This document shows, piece by piece, positions 1 through 9,315 of a stretch of 64,000 nucleotides of DNA. The DNA is from Escherichia phage ECO07P1. Location: the sequence record OP172784; one strand, written 5' to 3'. The stretch's first letter is position 1. Each line of letters opens with the position of its first letter. The notes beneath the pieces are model-generated. The model was not told the origin of the DNA. It was given only the letters and a program-made list of their open reading frames with translations, and searched no databases. The position numbers and the translations under genes are program-made.

Positions 1-1
1 T

Positions 2-1144
2 TCTATTGCAGGTGGTGTAGCTGACCTTGGATATCATCATGGTGAAAACTCTGCGCAAGACGCGGGGGCTTTGATGGCTAATACTTGGAATAATAACTTT
101 CCTTTGTTAGATGGTCAAGGAAACTTTGGTTCTCGTACTGTTCAAAAAGCAGCGGCAAGTCGTTATATTTTTGCTCGTGTAAGTAAAAATTTCTATAACG
201 TATATAAAGATACTGAATATGCTCCGGTACATCAAGATAAAGAACACATTCCGCCTGCTTTTTATTTGCCTATTATTCCTACCGTTCTTCTTAATGGTGT
301 TTCCGGTATTGCAACTGGTTATGCAACTTACATTCTTCCTCATAGCGTTTCTTCTGTCAAGAAAGCTGTATTACAAGCTCTTCAAGGAAAGAAAGTAACT
401 AAACCGAAGGTAGAATTCCCAGAATTTCGTGGTGAAGTCGTTGAAATTGACGGTCAATATGAAATTCGTGGAACGTACAAGTTTACTTCACGAACTCAAA
501 TGAATATCACTGAGATTCCGTATAAGTATGATCGTGAAACTTATGTGAGTAAAATCTTAGACCCGCTTGAAGATAAAGGCTTCATTACGTGGGATGATGC
601 TTGTGGTGAGCATGGTTTTGGATTTAAAATTAAATTCCGCAAAGAATACTCTTTGAGCGATAACGAAGAAGAACGCCATGCAAAAATCATGAAAGACTTC
701 GGGTTGATTGAGCGTCGTTCCCAGAATATTACCGTTATTAATGAGAAAGGAAAACTACAAGTTTACGATAACGTAGTTGATTTAATTAAAGACTTCGTTG
801 AAGTTCGTAAAACTTATGTCCAAAAACGAATTGATAACAAAATCAAAGAAACTGAATCAGCATTTCGTTTAGCCTTTGCCAAGGCGCATTTCATTAAGAA
901 AGTAATTTCAGGTGAAATTGTTGTACAAGATAAAACTCGCAAAGAACTGACCGAAGAACTTTCTAAAATTGATATGTATTCTTCTTATGTTGATAAACTA
1001 GTTGGAATGAACATTTTTCATATGACTTCCGACGAAGCAAAGAAACTTGCTGAAGAAGCTAAAGCCAAAAAAGAAGAAAACGAATATTGGAAAACTACTG
1101 ATGTAGTTACAGAATACACCAAAGATTTAGAGGAAATCAAATGA
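2..1144 (+). CDS. 52: DNA topoisomerase II medium subunit gp52, 5'-partial (runs off window edge)
   Basis: Reading frame open from pos 2, in frame with track ORF 71..1144; product recognised as T4 gp52; followed by motA as in T4. Confidence 0.85.
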   Translation, partial: SIAGGVADLGYHHGENSAQDAGALMANTWNNNFPLLDGQGNFGSRTVQKAAASRYIFARVSKNFYNVYKDTEYAPVHQDKEHIPPAFYLPIIPTVLLNGVSGIATGYATYILPHSVSSVKKAVLQALQGKKVTKPKVEFPEFRGEVVEIDGQYEIRGTYKFTSRTQMNITEIPYKYDRETYVSKILDPLEDKGFITWDDACGEHGFGFKIKFRKEYSLSDNEEERHAKIMKDFGLIERRSQNITVINEKGKLQVYDNVVDLIKDFVEVRKTYVQKRIDNKIKETESAFRLAFAKAHFIKKVISGEIVVQDKTRKELTEELSKIDMYSSYVDKLVGMNIFHMTSDEAKKLAEEAKAKKEENEYWKTTDVVTEYTKDLEEIK

Positions 1145-1290
1145 GTCCATTCATAGGTATTACAAGCGCTGCATTAGTATCCGGTGGCATTTTACTGGCG
1201 GGTTTAGGTGTTGTTCCTGCCGTAGCAGGAGGTCTTCTTGCGTTCGGAATTCAACGTGTTATCATGACAGTTATCACAGTCATGCAGTAA
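1141..1290 (+). CDS. 49-aa hydrophobic Gly/Ala-rich membrane peptide (motA.1-like position)
   Basis: ATG at 1141 overlaps gene 52 stop (ATGA); stop TAA 1288-1290; sequence MSPFIGITSAALVSGGILLAGLGVVPAVAGGLLAFGIQRVIMTVITVMQ; not in ORF track (<60 aa). Confidence 0.4.
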   Translation: MSPFIGITSAALVSGGILLAGLGVVPAVAGGLLAFGIQRVIMTVITVMQ

Positions 1291-1295
1291 TTTTA

Positions 1296-1322
1296 GGGAG
1301 AGCCGAGGCTCTCCCTTTTTTA
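1296..1322 (+). terminator. intrinsic terminator after gene 52 / small peptide ORF
   Basis: GC stem gggagagcc...ggctctccc followed by T-run. Confidence 0.7.
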
Positions 1323-1346
1323 TTTCAAAAATTTTTTCACAAAATG

Positions 1347-1376
1347 GTTTACAACCAAAGCATACTGTGGTACTAT
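1347..1376 (+). promoter_or_regulatory. early promoter for motA with AT-rich UP element upstream
   Basis: GTTTAC (1347-1352), 18-nt spacer, TG-extended -10 gtggTACTAT; upstream tttatttcaaaaattttttcacaaaa. Confidence 0.65.
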
Positions 1377-1417
1377 ACAACTATCAACTGCTGATACAGA
1401 ATTACGGAGATTAGAAA

Positions 1418-2053
1418 ATGTCTAAAGTAACTTACATCATCAAAGCTTCTAACGATGTTCTGAATGAAAAAACTGCTGCGATTTTAATTACCATTGCTAA
1501 GAAAGATTTCATTACAGCTGCAGAAGTTCGTGAGGTGCATCCAGATTTAGGTAACGCAGTAGTTAACAGTAATATTGGGGTATTGATTAAAAAAGGCCTG
1601 GTGGAGAAATCTGGCGATGGATTAATCATTACAGGTGAAGCTCAGGATATTATTTCAAATGCAGCAACTTTATATGCACAGGAAAACGCTCCTGAACTGC
1701 TGAAAAAACGAGCAACTCGTAAAGCTCGTGAGATTACTTCCGATATGGAAGAAGATAAAGACTTCATGTTAAAACTTTTAGATGAAAATGGATTTGTTCT
1801 TAAAAAGGTTGAAACTTACCGCAGTAACTATCTTGCTATTTTAGAAAAACGCACTCACGGAATTCGTAATTTTGAAATTAACAACAATGGAAATATGCGA
1901 ATTTTTGGATACAAAATGATGGAACATCATATTCAGAAATTTACTGATATCGGAATGTCATGCAAAATCGCTAAAAATGGTAATGTGTATCTTGACATTA
2001 AACGCTCGGCAGAAAACATTGAAGCAGTAATCACCGTAGCATCTGAACTGTGA
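1418..2053 (+). CDS. motA: MotA middle-transcription activator
   Basis: 211-aa ORF recognised as T4 MotA; SD ggaga upstream; early promoter upstream. Confidence 0.9.
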   Translation: MSKVTYIIKASNDVLNEKTAAILITIAKKDFITAAEVREVHPDLGNAVVNSNIGVLIKKGLVEKSGDGLIITGEAQDIISNAATLYAQENAPELLKKRATRKAREITSDMEEDKDFMLKLLDENGFVLKKVETYRSNYLAILEKRTHGIRNFEINNNGNMRIFGYKMMEHHIQKFTDIGMSCKIAKNGNVYLDIKRSAENIEAVITVASEL

Positions 2054-2063
2054 GGAATAAATA

Positions 2064-2393
2064 ATGAACAAGTTAGAAATTGTTAATGAACTTCGTCGTT
2101 GTGCAGAACCCACTCAAGAGGGGTGGGATATCTGGTACCATGGAGCTTATCTTGGAACTATTGTAAAGATTAAGACTGGTAAATACATGATTATTCGTGA
2201 AAGTAAAGATGCTCCAGTAGGTATTCGCAATAATTTCATGGCAGCTATAAGTTCCTTTACGGATGCAGCTTACGAAATTTACCTTGATGATTATAAAGAA
2301 TTCCAGGAATCTCAACCAGTTATTCGCTCAATTGGTGTTAACAAAGCTCAACAGAAAACTTTGTGGCAACGTATTAAAGGATGGTTTAAATGA
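2064..2393 (+). CDS. hypothetical early protein (T4 arn.4 position)
   Basis: Track ORF, ATG start with SD gagga; tightly packed after motA. Confidence 0.5.
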   Translation: MNKLEIVNELRRCAEPTQEGWDIWYHGAYLGTIVKIKTGKYMIIRESKDAPVGIRNNFMAAISSFTDAAYEIYLDDYKEFQESQPVIRSIGVNKAQQKTLWQRIKGWFK

Positions 2394-2851
2394 AAACTTT
2401 TAAAGAACGTTTAGCTCTGTTAGATAAAGCTTTGTCACGTGAGACTCCAGAAAGTCTGGCTGCTAAATTAGCTTCTTACAGCGGTGAATATACAGAAGAA
2501 GATATTTTAAAAGAAGTTCCTGAAATCTGTTGGCAGACCGCGTATTGGGACGAAAATCAAAAATATCAACGAAGAATTGTTTGCGCAGCCAACCGTTTTA
2601 AATTAAAAGATGGACGAACTCTTATTATTCCGGGTGCTCGTCATTATTCTAAAGATATGGCAGAAGTTTTAGATGTAGTTAAATCTCAATTAGTTACTCA
2701 GCAAGTTTGTGATGATGACCAAGGGTTTATTGACCAATATAGTAATTATTGGACACGTGAAGAAGCAATGATTATTGCAACTTACGCTGGACAAGTACGT
2801 ATTGAACGTGGTGGTAGTGAAAAAGAACTTTACTCTGAGGACCTTTACTAA
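2390..2851 (+). CDS. hypothetical early protein (T4 arn.3 position)
   Basis: Track ORF; ATGA overlap with upstream ORF. Confidence 0.5.
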   Translation: MKTFKERLALLDKALSRETPESLAAKLASYSGEYTEEDILKEVPEICWQTAYWDENQKYQRRIVCAANRFKLKDGRTLIIPGARHYSKDMAEVLDVVKSQLVTQQVCDDDQGFIDQYSNYWTREEAMIIATYAGQVRIERGGSEKELYSEDLY

Positions 2852-3147
2852 TGAATATTAAAAAGTTTCAAATTGATGGAATTATGAATCAAATCCAGGC
2901 ATTGGAATATGCCAATAAAATGATGTCAACCAAATGGGGAATTTATGCCAATGAACCGGCATTTCAGTTCTGTAATATGGAATTCGCTAAAAAGCTCGTA
3001 GGAAAAGATTATGTATGTCCATTTAGTTCTCCAGTAAATGGAATGTTAAAACCTGCTTTACGCGATCTTTATATTGTGATGAACGAAGAGATGATAAAAG
3101 AGCTAAAACGTCAACTGAAGGTGATTCAATTTGGCCAGGGAAATTAA
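2851..3147 (+). CDS. hypothetical early protein (T4 arn.2 position)
   Basis: Track ORF; start overlaps upstream stop. Confidence 0.5.
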   Translation: MNIKKFQIDGIMNQIQALEYANKMMSTKWGIYANEPAFQFCNMEFAKKLVGKDYVCPFSSPVNGMLKPALRDLYIVMNEEMIKELKRQLKVIQFGQGN

Positions 3148-3349
3148 TTCAAAATCCGATTATTTTAATTCTCTCAATGATAAAGATAAAAATCTAATAC
3201 GGCATTTTATCGTTGAGATGGGATATACTGACACACGTGATTTAAGAGAACATATATTTGAATGTGGTGTAGCTAAAAAGTTTTCATTCACATGCAAATG
3301 TTTAAGAGAGGTAATTCAACACTATGAACAATTTAGTCGCAAAACATAA
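3131..3349 (+). CDS. hypothetical small protein, start uncertain (track start is TTG; first in-frame ATG at 3218)
   Basis: Track ORF 3131..3349; TTG at 3131, in-frame ATG at 3218. Confidence 0.3.
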   Translation: MAREINSKSDYFNSLNDKDKNLIRHFIVEMGYTDTRDLREHIFECGVAKKFSFTCKCLREVIQHYEQFSRKT

Positions 3350-3432
3350 TTTTAATAAAGCTTCTGTCCATAAGGATAAGAAGAAAGCGTTTAAAGAATC
3401 TAATCGCAAACAGAAACATAAGGGGAAGGTCT

Positions 3433-3711
3433 ATGATTATTGATTCTCAATCTGTGGTTCAATATACAATCAAAATTGATATTCTAGAAAAGCTATATAA
3501 GTTTCTACCAAATTTATACCACTCAATTGTTAATGAATTAGTTGAAGAACTACATCTTGAGAATAATGATTTCTTGGTTGGAACTTATAAAGATAACTTA
3601 AAGGCGGGATATTTTTACGTAATTCCAGCTCCAGGAAAAAGTATTGATGATGTATTAAAAACTATAATGTTTTATGTCCATGATTACGAAATTGAAGATT
3701 ATTTCGAATGA
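3433..3711 (+). CDS. arn: Arn anti-restriction protein
   Basis: 92-aa ORF, size and position match T4 arn immediately upstream of asiA; SD aagggg. Confidence 0.75.
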   Translation: MIIDSQSVVQYTIKIDILEKLYKFLPNLYHSIVNELVEELHLENNDFLVGTYKDNLKAGYFYVIPAPGKSIDDVLKTIMFYVHDYEIEDYFE

Positions 3712-3860
3712 GTCATAATCTTGAAAAGGTAATCGAGCATAATGTAGCTCAGGAACGTGAGTCGTTCAAGGAATTCGTAGAAAAAATTTTTGAAGAAAAT
3801 AACACAGACCAGTTTACAAATAAAGCGTCTGATGATATTATAATAAAGTCAACTAATTGA
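3708..3860 (+). CDS. possible 50-aa ORF translationally coupled to arn
   Basis: ATG 3708 overlaps arn stop (ATGA); stop TGA 3858-3860; contains the asiA early promoter; not in track. Confidence 0.3.
   Translation: MSHNLEKVIEHNVAQERESFKEFVEKIFEENNTDQFTNKASDDIIIKSTN
3812..3841 (+). promoter_or_regulatory. early promoter for asiA
   Basis: GTTTAC (3812-3817), spacer, TGaTATTAT -10. Confidence 0.6.
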
Positions 3861-3872
3861 GTGGTATAGTTA

Positions 3873-4145
3873 ATGAATAAAAACATTGATACAGTTCGTG
3901 AAATTATTACTGTTGCGTCTATTTTGATTAAATTTTCCAGAGAAGATATTGTTGAGAATCGTGCTAATTTTATTGCATTTCTGAATGAGATTGGAGTAAC
4001 GCATGAAGGTAGAAAGTTAAATCAGAATTCATTCCGTAAAATTGTTTCTGAATTAACCCAAGAAGATAAGAAAACCCTCATCGACGAATTCAACGAGGGT
4101 TTTGAGAGTGTATATCGATATCTAGAGATGTATACGAACAAATAA
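3873..4145 (+). CDS. asiA: AsiA anti-sigma-70 factor
   Basis: 90-aa ORF beginning MNKNIDTVREII, recognised as T4 AsiA. Confidence 0.9.
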   Translation: MNKNIDTVREIITVASILIKFSREDIVENRANFIAFLNEIGVTHEGRKLNQNSFRKIVSELTQEDKKTLIDEFNEGFESVYRYLEMYTNK

Positions 4146-4802
4146 TTATTTAGCCCTTCCTAATATTCTGGCCGCCTGAGAACATATTGATTCAAGGCGG
4201 TCATTACTTATATGATCATTTCTATACCAGTACATGGTTATTGTTCCAGCATAGATGTTATCCAAATTAAAATATGGACAACTGTACATGTAATTTATTT
4301 CGGGAGTAGGCTTTTTAGTTGGTAAAAAAGCAAATTTTGAGTTGGAATAATAATGACGTCCATTTAAATGAACTGTATATTCATCCATAGTTTTATCAAC
4401 AGGATATCCTCCAAGTGATTTTTCACTTATTGTTGAAGGTAATTTTCCTTCATATGCTATAATATCAACAAAATAGTTTAAGTTTTTAGGGCGGAAAGAA
4501 TACACCGCACTAAAGTCTGCCTCAGATGATATGTGAACTATCTGGAGTTGTTCCAGGGCGACAGATTCAAAGCGTGCGTTTCTTTCCTTTTCAATAATTT
4601 CACGGTATGTTTCATACTTTGATTGCTTATAGTACTCAAAGAAACTATCTCCCCTATACCAAACAATCGCCATCATAAATAAAAGAATTACGACAGCTAC
4701 TCGGGAAGCAAGAACCTTCCCGGTAGCATTATCTTTGAACAAGCGATCTAGAACACCCAACAGAATATCAGAGGGCGAAAATGATATTCTAGGTGCTGCC
4801 AT
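4146..4802 (-). CDS. t: holin T
   Basis: 218-aa ORF with N-terminal TM segment and large periplasmic domain, recognised as T4 T; late promoter and SD upstream. Confidence 0.9.
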   Translation of the reverse strand: MAAPRISFSPSDILLGVLDRLFKDNATGKVLASRVAVVILLFMMAIVWYRGDSFFEYYKQSKYETYREIIEKERNARFESVALEQLQIVHISSEADFSAVYSFRPKNLNYFVDIIAYEGKLPSTISEKSLGGYPVDKTMDEYTVHLNGRHYYSNSKFAFLPTKKPTPEINYMYSCPYFNLDNIYAGTITMYWYRNDHISNDRLESICSQAARILGRAK

Positions 4803-4820
4803 AGACCCTCCTTTTAAGGA

Positions 4821-4828
4821 TATTTATA
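4821..4828 (-). promoter_or_regulatory. late promoter for t (TATAAATA on - strand)
   Basis: + strand tatttata overlapping gene 38 stop, about 20 nt upstream of t start. Confidence 0.7.
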
Positions 4829-5375
4829 CGTAATTCCTGAATAAACGCTTATACCAAGGCTTCCATTCTTTTTCAGGCCATTTAGGAAATTCACCACCTA
4901 AATGCTCATGCTTTTCTAAAAGAGCAAAGAACCGTTTAAGGTTTTGATAATAGAATTTTTCCTTTTTATTTGCAACTGAAGCTTCGATCATATTATTCAA
5001 TACTTGGAATTCTTTATATAATTCTTCAATTTTTCTATTACGAATTAAAACGCGTTTATATGTTTCGTCTTCTTTCCAACCATCATCAGTCCATATATCA
5101 AATTCGCCGGGTTCATCAAAAGTTATACCAACCGGGCTTCCTATGTCAGTTATTAAGATTTCTTCTTTATTAAAAGTCCAAGCCCGTTTACCGCGATGGT
5201 CTTCTTCATAAATCCAATCCTGAATACGTTCATCAAATACAACTGCGTATCCTTCTTTAGGTTCTAAAGGTTTTTTAATTGTTGAATGAGCAGGAAGACC
5301 GAGGCCTTTAACCGGTTTGTAATTTTCTTCTTTGTAAAATTCTTTAGTGTCAAAATAATAATGATATATTTTCAT
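4824..5375 (-). CDS. 38: gp38 tail fibre assembly chaperone (T4 type, 183 aa)
   Basis: 183-aa ORF immediately downstream of gene 37; recognised as T4-type gp38. Confidence 0.85.
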   Translation of the reverse strand: MKIYHYYFDTKEFYKEENYKPVKGLGLPAHSTIKKPLEPKEGYAVVFDERIQDWIYEEDHRGKRAWTFNKEEILITDIGSPVGITFDEPGEFDIWTDDGWKEDETYKRVLIRNRKIEELYKEFQVLNNMIEASVANKKEKFYYQNLKRFFALLEKHEHLGGEFPKWPEKEWKPWYKRLFRNYV

Positions 5376-5382
5376 ATTTAGA

Positions 5383-5398
5383 AGGGGCCGAAGCCCCT
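5383..5398 (-). other. UUCG-tetraloop hairpin between genes 37 and 38
   Basis: + strand aggggc-cgaa-gcccct; on - strand RNA a GGGGC-UUCG-GCCCC stem-loop just upstream of gene 38 SD. Confidence 0.6.
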
Positions 5399-5402
5399 CT
5401 CC

Positions 5403-8400
5403 TTATGCTAAACGAACGATATAGTTAAAAGCAATGTTTTTAACCGTGTTTTCTGTATTACCTGTACTATTTACAGTGATAGTATGACCATGCGAGCCAA
5501 TTGCTACCGTGTGGGTATGAGCACCGATACCTACAGTATGGGTATGAGCACCAATACCTACTGTGTGAGCATGGTTACCCGTAGCGCTAGTAGTTCCTGA
5601 CCAACTATGGGTGTGGGCACCGTCTGAAGAAGTTTTGGCCATATTCGACGCTGCAGTAGCACCGCTCACGGTTCCAGTGATTTTAGCGTTGCCGTTTGGA
5701 CCTGCACTATTGTATCCATCATAGAATATGCTAGTGGGTATGCCGCCTTGCATCTGAGGGCCTGAACGAGCGTGTTGGTGCGCACCAGCGGAACTAGTAT
5801 TACCACTCACTGTATGGCTATGGTTGCCGGTGGTATTACTGGTCTTAGTACCATAATCAAAGCTTGAAGTCGTTTTGCTACCGTAATCAAAACTTGATGT
5901 GGTTTTAGTACCTAAGTCAGTACTTGAAGCCGATGCACTATGGCTATGAGCCTTAACACCATCTTCTTCTGCGCTCAAAACATCACGACCACTTGGTTTA
6001 CCCTTGATAGTTTGCCCGCGCATATCAGGCAGAGAGCCGGAAGGATACACCGCAGCTAACTTAGGATACAAGCCAACATCAAATGTTTGACCTTCCATTA
6101 TGGCATAACCTTCAGGAGGTGTATCAGTAGGCCAAGGAATCGGAGCTCCAATAGGATAACTTGAAACAATATCAGTTTTAAGTGATTCAATCGTACTGTT
6201 TAAGTTAGCAAAATTACCAGAACCACCAGTAATATTACCATCAGTACCAAGAGTAGCAGCACCGGCAATAATTTTACCAGGTGTGCGGAAGTCACCGGTA
6301 CGACGGAATTCCCAACTTATATCGGTTCCGGTAGTACTAGTACCTTGGTGATAATGGACACGGAAGTCTCCTTGGGCAATTAAGGTACCAATAGAATAAG
6401 TACTATCACCCTTTACATACCGTTGTTTAACAATAGGAATGTATTCAGAAGTAGCAGTACGCTCTATATTCATATAAATTGGAGCTCTTACGTTTACATC
6501 GTTCTGAGATGCAAAGGAACCACAACCCGTTGGGCGAACTCCATCAGAAGCCTCAATATCTATATAAGCATTTTGTCCTAATTGCATTCTAAAGTTGGCA
6601 TTAATGCGAGAGTTACTATTTATAGTAGTTAAAGCATTATTTTGATCTACTATAAAAGAATCTCTTCCTAACCCAACCATGCCATCGTTTAATCCTATTC
6701 TCACAGGTCTCAAAGAGCTGTGAATGTCTCCGCTTTCGCCTTCATTTTGATTGGTTGGAATAATATAGAAGTTGGCTTCTGAACGACGGAAAATAGCGCC
6801 ATATTCGGAATTCCAAATTCTTAATGCATTAGCAGTTCCACCAATTTTTACTTGGCCGGTAATAGAAGAACCACCTTGGACAAACAAACCGTTAGACATA
6901 GTAACATTGCCACCGAAAGAACCTGTACCGGAGGCACTTATATTTCCAAGGCCTATGATATGACCTGTTTCGACAGTTCCGTTAAATTTAAAGTTAACCG
7001 GACCTACCGTTTGACCTGATGCAGGATTAGTACGTTGAGCGTAAAAATAATAACCTTGCCCATCAGCTACTTCAAAAACGGTTTCACGACTACGATCACC
7101 AGATGCGTTAAATGAATTACCCCACACTTTAACTGTAACAGGGCTTTTGTTTTGACCTGAGCGTGTGCCACTATTCCAGTATATGCTTCTAGTACCATCT
7201 ACAGCCGTCGGAGCATTAAATTGGAATCCCTGATTATCAGGTCCATCAATAATTATACCTTTATTAAGACGAAAAGCTAATGTAGAATCAATATTACCTG
7301 TTGCAGCGTTAAAGCTAATACTGTTAGCACCGGTTACTAGTTTAAGAATACCCGGGTTAACTTCCATGCCTTCTTGAGTATTAATATTAGTTTTGCCTTT
7401 ACCACGGAAATAGTGGTTCATTTTACCGCCTGAGTTATAGCCAATATGTGTCTGGCCGTCTCCACCAGTGTTTCCATCAGCTTGTGTTTGAACCGATAAA
7501 AAGGCAACGTTGGTTCCAGGCATAATCCATGTTGTGCCTTGATCTTCTGAGCGTCCAAATAATGCTTTACGTGTACTACGGAAACTGTCAGGAGTAATAG
7601 AAGCAACAGAATATCCACCGCCAACTAGATCAAATACACCGGTTTTTTTGTATGACAAGCCAGTTACAGTGTCACCGAGAACAAGATACTTATCGCCCAT
7701 TACACCGACGTTACCATAATCACTAGACGGGAAATCTGCAGTGAATGTACCTAATGCAAGGCTATTACGCCCAGCCATTCGGCCGTCGTTACGAATACCA
7801 TATTGTTTAGATGATGGAGTATTACCCGTCCACCAAGACATTTCATCTGCTTGGCCAGTCTGAGCTGTACAGATTTCATGCCACATGGTTCCGGCAGCTT
7901 TAGCGCGAACTTTACGAAGATAGTTTATACCGTTTGTTTCACCGGTTCCAGGATAAACATAGTTAACCAAAGATTGAGAATCATATTGCCCAAAGGCTTT
8001 GGCATCGTGAATAACAGTATCAACCGCAATGCGTTTAGTTACTAACGAATCTGATGCTAAAATACGGTTAGCTTGAAATTCACCGCCGTTTATAGAACGG
8101 AAATAGAATTCGCTATTAATAATGCTTCCGGTTCCTTGTCTAACTCTAAGACGTATTTCACCGTCAGTTGTAGTTTGAGGACGAGCATATATAACGCCTC
8201 GTTCAATGCCATCGGCATTTTCAAACCAAAGATGGGCATTGGAAGTATCATTTGAGGCTCTTGTATAAAATGAACCTTGTGTAGATCTGAAAACTTTTGC
8301 AGTTATGCCTTCAGTAGAACCAATAGGTCCATTTACGGTCATTCCACCAGTTTGTACATAATCGCCGTTTAATTTCAAAAGACCATTGATAGTCACATTT

Positions 8401-8579
8401 CCATCAACTTGCCCGCCTTTAGCAAAACCCAGATCAATGATATTTCCTAAATCGTCTTTAGTAAAAATTGTTCTATCTTTTAAGTTTATAGCCAATTCAC
8501 CTTCGGCTAATACTGAAGCAGCAGGACGAGCACCTGCGGTTTTGCTTCTTTTAAATTGTATTTGTTTTAAAGTAGCCAT
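5403..8579 (-). CDS. 37: gp37 long tail fibre distal subunit (1058 aa) with His-x-His repeats near C-terminus
   Basis: Large ORF in 34-35-36-37-38 cluster; C-terminal repeated GxHxHTV motifs. Confidence 0.9.
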   Translation of the reverse strand: MATLKQIQFKRSKTAGARPAASVLAEGELAINLKDRTIFTKDDLGNIIDLGFAKGGQVDGNVTINGLLKLNGDYVQTGGMTVNGPIGSTEGITAKVFRSTQGSFYTRASNDTSNAHLWFENADGIERGVIYARPQTTTDGEIRLRVRQGTGSIINSEFYFRSINGGEFQANRILASDSLVTKRIAVDTVIHDAKAFGQYDSQSLVNYVYPGTGETNGINYLRKVRAKAAGTMWHEICTAQTGQADEMSWWTGNTPSSKQYGIRNDGRMAGRNSLALGTFTADFPSSDYGNVGVMGDKYLVLGDTVTGLSYKKTGVFDLVGGGYSVASITPDSFRSTRKALFGRSEDQGTTWIMPGTNVAFLSVQTQADGNTGGDGQTHIGYNSGGKMNHYFRGKGKTNINTQEGMEVNPGILKLVTGANSISFNAATGNIDSTLAFRLNKGIIIDGPDNQGFQFNAPTAVDGTRSIYWNSGTRSGQNKSPVTVKVWGNSFNASGDRSRETVFEVADGQGYYFYAQRTNPASGQTVGPVNFKFNGTVETGHIIGLGNISASGTGSFGGNVTMSNGLFVQGGSSITGQVKIGGTANALRIWNSEYGAIFRRSEANFYIIPTNQNEGESGDIHSSLRPVRIGLNDGMVGLGRDSFIVDQNNALTTINSNSRINANFRMQLGQNAYIDIEASDGVRPTGCGSFASQNDVNVRAPIYMNIERTATSEYIPIVKQRYVKGDSTYSIGTLIAQGDFRVHYHQGTSTTGTDISWEFRRTGDFRTPGKIIAGAATLGTDGNITGGSGNFANLNSTIESLKTDIVSSYPIGAPIPWPTDTPPEGYAIMEGQTFDVGLYPKLAAVYPSGSLPDMRGQTIKGKPSGRDVLSAEEDGVKAHSHSASASSTDLGTKTTSSFDYGSKTTSSFDYGTKTSNTTGNHSHTVSGNTSSAGAHQHARSGPQMQGGIPTSIFYDGYNSAGPNGNAKITGTVSGATAASNMAKTSSDGAHTHSWSGTTSATGNHAHTVGIGAHTHTVGIGAHTHTVAIGSHGHTITVNSTGNTENTVKNIAFNYIVRLA

Positions 8580-8587
8580 AAGTCCTC

Positions 8588-9253
8588 TTAATAATAGCCG
8601 AAATCTTGAACAGAATCCTTAATTACGATTTGGTCAAATCGTGGAACATGTGAAGGTTGAGATGCGGGATTCTGTGAGAAAAAGTTTGGCGCAGTTAAGT
8701 TACCTGTCATAGTGTCGCCAGATCGTAACACTCTAGAGTTCGCATTTGCCGTAACAGTATTTATTGCTCCATCGACGTAGTCCTTTCTAGTAAGATCACG
8801 AGCTTCTATAGGAGCAGCTGCGTTACTTTTTACTTGACCTACTGCTATCACAATGCCTTTTGTACTAATATCACCATTACGTGCATTAATTACAACAGTT
8901 CGGTCTGCTGAACCTTGTGATGATTTAAAACCAATACCATTCCACGAAACAATATCGATATTTGTTACAGCAAAAGTAGCATTATCACCATTACCTGGAT
9001 AAATACCGCATGGGTTTGTGTTGTTTACAGCATATGGGACTTGAACACCGCCGTTAAATGTTACCTTTGATGCATAAGTACCACCATTAGCTTTAGAAAC
9101 GAAATCGTTATCTGCAGCTTGTGGTTTATTATATTCTGAATATATTTTAAATGATTTATAGAGTACATCGTCACCGGCTGGATTCAATGGAAAATTTCCT
9201 TGATGCCAAATAACAGAGCCTCCAGTTGTTGAACCTACTTTTAAATCAGCCAT
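8588..9253 (-). CDS. 36: gp36 long tail fibre hinge subunit
   Basis: 221-aa ORF between 35 and 37; late promoter upstream. Confidence 0.85.
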   Translation of the reverse strand: MADLKVGSTTGGSVIWHQGNFPLNPAGDDVLYKSFKIYSEYNKPQAADNDFVSKANGGTYASKVTFNGGVQVPYAVNNTNPCGIYPGNGDNATFAVTNIDIVSWNGIGFKSSQGSADRTVVINARNGDISTKGIVIAVGQVKSNAAAPIEARDLTRKDYVDGAINTVTANANSRVLRSGDTMTGNLTAPNFFSQNPASQPSHVPRFDQIVIKDSVQDFGYY

Positions 9254-9276
9254 TGTATGCCCCTTTATTTTAATAG

Positions 9277-9284
9277 TATTTATA
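9277..9284 (-). promoter_or_regulatory. late promoter for gene 36
   Basis: + strand tatttata 24 nt upstream of gene 36 start. Confidence 0.7.
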
Positions 9285-9310
9285 AAGAAAAGGGGAACCC
9301 GAAGGCTCCC
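9281..9310 (-). terminator. terminator after gene 35 (UUCG hairpin plus U-run)
   Basis: - strand RNA gggagcc-uucg-gguuccc followed by cuuuucuuu. Confidence 0.6.
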
Positions 9311-9315
9311 TCAGT

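Noticed and set aside
107-343. Antisense ORFs from the six-frame track lying wholly inside well-supported genes (for example 107..343, 1432..1629, 2073..2315, 6772..6963, 7418..7624, 22719..22940, 53731..54024, 59544..59897, 62524..62715)
   Set aside because: Each is embedded opposite or out of frame within a long gene recognised as a T4-type product, has no SD or promoter context, and shows the compositional bias expected of random frames in A/T-rich DNA.
5470-5590. CRISPR-like array suggested by short tandem repeats
   Set aside because: The repeats are 27-bp in-frame coding units inside gene 37, with no spacer-repeat architecture and no cas genes; no CRISPR array is present anywhere in the window.
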